Shown here: in pieces, positions 61,001 to 64,000 of the stretch | Position numbering within the stretch: the first letter of the stretch is position 1 | Layout of the letters: each line of letters begins with the position of its first letter | DNA from: Scyliorhinus canicula | Lineage: Eukaryota | DNA: 64,000 nt | Direction: 5' to 3' | NCBI RefSeq assembly: GCF_902713615.1 | Contig: NC_052158.1 | Span: 53,042,823 to 53,106,822 of the forward strand | Program-made: the position numbers and the translations under genes | The notes under the pieces: generated by a model | What the model was told of the DNA's origin: nothing | The model's database searches: none | What the model saw: only the letters and a program-made list of their open reading frames with translations

Positions 61001-62386
61001 ACTACTTGTGGTTTTTCCTTTTCCCAATTGGATTTCTGATTCAGATTGCTGGGTTCTCTCGGAGTGGGGGGGGGGGGGGGGGGGGGCAGTTCTAGTCGAG
61101 TCCCGTCAGAGTTCGCCACTAAATGTTGCCCGTTCTGGTGAGTGCGCTTTACACTCAATTGACTCTGTTTTATTCCTTAGCTCTAGTGTCGCCAGGTATC
61201 CTTATGATACCGCCACAAGATTCAATTTCAAGTCAGATCAATGACTCAATACACCAGTTAGTAAGTTCAAACAAGATATGTTTATTATTACACAGTTGTT
61301 TACTACTCATGCTCATGATACTAAGACTAAACTGTTCCTACCACTACTAGGCCATACTTATCTGAAATAAGGGAACTGCCGGATCAGGGAACAATGGCCT
61401 CTTGCTTTGTCCTGGATCCGCAGGCTTCCAGTTGGTGTGGACTAAAGGGGTCAGGAGTGTCTACTCTCGTAGCGTGCGTTGTATGACACTTACTTGTCGG
61501 TGTAGCAATTGGCCAGGCCTCTCCTTCTCACGTTCACGGTCCTGGAGAGCTGCTGCAAAGGTGTTCTGCTGGGAGGGCCGGCTAAGAGCGAGGAGGGCTG
61601 GCTAAGAGAGCCTGGCTAAGAGAGAGCTGGGGTCGGGGTCTCTGTCTTATACTGTTTTGGGTTTCGCGCCCATCTGGGTGGACCCTCTATAAACTTGCAA
61701 TCGATTGGGTCTCTTCCCAATCGATTGATTTGAATTTCCCCAATAACGGGGCTGTTCCTCGATCACTGGGCGGTTCCTTCCACCTTGTTTGTGTCCTTTT
61801 GTTTCAGACTCCACTGGCGCCGGGATGTCTGACCTCCTATAGAATGTTTCAATCTCTTTTAATTGTTGTGTCCATTGTGCCTGGGAATCACCGGGAATCG
61901 CTCACTTAATATGCGCAGCTTGTTAGTTTCTGTGCTGTCTGGTTTCTTCACAGACAGAATCCACAGAGAGGTTCTGCAACCTGCTTGCCTCTCTGTCATT
62001 GTCCAATTTTCCCTGCATGCAACCCAATGTTCCATTTTATGTCAGGAAGTGGCAGCTTCGGTGGCTACACTTTAACCTGATGTGTTTCTGTTTAAAGGTG
62101 TTAAGTCTTTTGGAGGTTTGAAGGAACATTTTGAGGGTTATTTAGTGTTGTTATTTTTTCCGGGTTATCTTTGAAGGGGTGTTAAGGGATGCAATGTTTA
62201 TTTAAGAAGGTTAAGTTGAATTCATAGAATAATCATTGTTTTGTGTTTAAAAACCCACGTATTCATAATTGTAATACCACACCTGGAGACCAAGCCGTGT
62301 GCTCCAAAAGCAACAATACATTAAAGTGAGGGTTGGTTGAACTCCGTGATACATTTTGGGGTTCTGAAAATGCCGCTCCCATAACA
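58050..62386 (+). mobile_element. Solo LTR hosting a V-SINE (58061-58413, minus) and a retrovirus-like element (58735-62069)
   Basis: TGTCATG start, GTACCTTTAAG subrepeats, CCCATAACA end; the sequence rejoins across both inserts; possible 4-bp TSD ACTG/AATG. Confidence 0.6.
58735..62069 (-). mobile_element. Retrovirus-like LTR element: 946-bp 5' LTR (61124-62069), tRNA-Arg(UCU)-like PBS, gag, deletion to a partial 3' LTR (58735-59252); 4-bp TSD CTTT
   Basis: CTTT at 58731-58734 and 62070-62073; 61098-61118 GAGTCCCGTCAGAGTTCGCCA resembles the tRNA-Arg(UCU) 3' end; gag in three frames 60803-59471 with coiled coil and MHR-like Q..EHPTAFAGRL; no pol or env. Confidence 0.85.
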
Positions 62387-63074
62387 AATGACACTATTTC
62401 AGCTGTATTTGGAAGTTTCCTTGGTACCCTTTCGTATTCCAGTCCTCCTCAAAGTAGGGTTTGTGACCCTCTTTGTTGTCAACTCATCACTTCTGTGGTA
62501 GTGTGGCCCCTTTAAGCGGCCACACTACCGCTGCCACAATCCTCACGACCGGTTCAGAGCCAATTGTGCAGGAGTACGCAAACCTAGGTCAATGGAGAGT
62601 TTGCACGGGACCCCGGGCAGTGTGGACTAGGGAGCTGAAGTGTTACCACCTGTTGTATAGTGGTCTATGTCTGTTATCTAACTGCCTTTGCTTTTCATTA
62701 ATCAGCCCTTTGTTAACCACTGAAATCCTCCAGTAAATATGTCTTGAACCACCACATTTAGGATGAGGTAAAGATTTTGATCGCAGCAGCCAGCAGTCAT
62801 CATGAATCGAGGGGGGAAGGGAGGAACAGTTGAGAAAGTAGAGAAGCTCGATACAGAGTCGGAATCATTAGACCATGAGAGAGATTGCCTATCCTTGGTA
62901 CACTAGACTTGTTTGACTAAGGGGTTGAGTCCTGGAGTAATAGATCGAACGGCTCTGTTTCTTCTTTATCGCAAGCAAGATCACAGGTGTGAACAAGCAG
63001 AAGGTGCAGGCCCCAAACCTATAATTTGATTAGGAACCTCATGTCCCCAGATGCACCTGACTCAATGACCTTTG

Positions 63075-63395
63075 GCCTCACGGTAGCATGGTGGTTAGTA
63101 TCAATGCTTCACAGCTCCAGGGTCCCAGGTTCGATTCCCGGCTGGGTCACTGTCTGTGTGGAGTCTGCACGTCCTCCCCGTGTGTGCGTGGGTTTCCTCC
63201 GGGTGCTCCGGTTTCCTCCCACAGTCCAAAGATGTGCGGGTTAGGTGGATTGGCCATGCTAAATTGCCCGTAGTGTAAGGTTAATGGGGGGATTGTTGGG
63301 TTACGGGTATACGGGTTACGTGGGTTTAAGTAGGGTGATCATTGCTCGGCACAACATCGAGGGCCGAAGGGCCTGTTCTGTGCTGTACTGTTCTA
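63075..63395 (+). mobile_element. V-SINE (HE1-like)
   Basis: Head, B box, V-domain, CR1-type tail. Confidence 0.94.
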
Positions 63396-63419
63396 AATCT
63401 AAATCTAAAACCTTTGACT

Positions 63420-63720
63420 AGATAGTGAAATTGGTTAAAGAACATTCCCAACCCAAGACCCTCGATTATCCTCCAACGTTGTAAGTTTAACTCTGCAGTG
63501 AGGGACCATGAAGAGTCTGTCTCAGCCTTCAGAACCAGGCTTTGCCAGTTTGCTGAGCACTGTGAGTTTGGAACCACGCTTAGGGACATGTTGCGTGACT
63601 GACTGCTTTGTGGGATCCATAACCTTAATATCCAGAAGAAGCTTCTGGTGGAGACTACAGTTACATGGGGAAAAGTGATTGAGATTACTCAGGTGATGGA
63701 GTGTGCCGGAAAAAGGGAAG
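63420..63720 (+). mobile_element. Gypsy gag fragment, decayed
   Basis: Manual translation, with frameshift/stop: LVKEHSQP..IILQRCKFNSAVRDHEESVSAF..FAEHCEFG..LRDMLRD.LLCGI. Confidence 0.7.
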
Positions 63721-64000
63721 GTAACGAAGGGCTGAAGGGAGGGTAACGAAATGTGGGGTGGTATGGCCATGAGGCCTGTGGCAGTATCAACAGGCACAGC
63801 ACAGAGCCAGACACAACCCTCGGGGCAGGACCAGAATCCAAGAGCGGGAAGGAATCGGGGAATCAAACTGAATCCCAGGTGGATGGCTTTCTGTTATATA
63901 TTTGTTATTAGCTGCAAAGTGAAAAAGATGTAGAGGTGCCAAGCTTTAAGTTTGTAACATAGTGCAGGGTTTATTAAGAGATGTTACTTCTGCAGGGTAA

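Noticed and set aside
10480-61087. Long G/C homopolymer runs (e.g. 10620-10645, 40062-40081, 48977-49004, 53753-53780, 61066-61086) as functional G-quadruplex motifs
   Set aside because: They lie within TE copies where slippage or sequencing error explains them; nothing indicates function.
13092-63395. SINE heads as tRNA genes, and the many 60-100-aa ORFs over them (e.g. MDSTIASQLQGPRFDSG...)
   Set aside because: They have A/B boxes but no complete cloverleaf, and run into V-domain and LINE-like tails; the ORFs recur only because the repeat recurs.

Overview
This is eukaryotic genomic DNA, almost certainly from a cartilaginous fish. The SINEs resemble the shark HE1/V-SINE family and the LINEs resemble HER1/CR1; a catshark-like species is my inference. 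Most of the window is nested, mostly decayed transposable elements: CR1, L1 and L2-like LINEs, a Penelope element, three Gypsy lineages, a near full-length Copia (GalEa-like) element with an iMet primer-binding site (PBS), a retrovirus-like LTR element with an Arg PBS, several solo LTRs, Harbinger transposons and MITEs, and about 15 V-SINE copies. The only host-gene signal I can support is on the minus strand near the left end, and the ORF track misses it. It is a 46-bp signal-peptide exon (5512-5467, MLRLILLIITGGVSA plus a phase-1 GTGAGT donor) about 190 bp downstream of an X1/Y-box promoter with the spacing of the MHC SXY module. It is best read as exon 1 of an MHC class I-like gene whose remaining exons lie left of position 1. 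Its intron 1 consists of two minisatellites, one repeating a splice-donor motif and one a splice-acceptor motif, bracketing a Gypsy fragment. No prokaryotic features, CRISPR arrays, rRNA genes or genuine tRNA genes are present. All family assignments come from motif recognition, not database searches.
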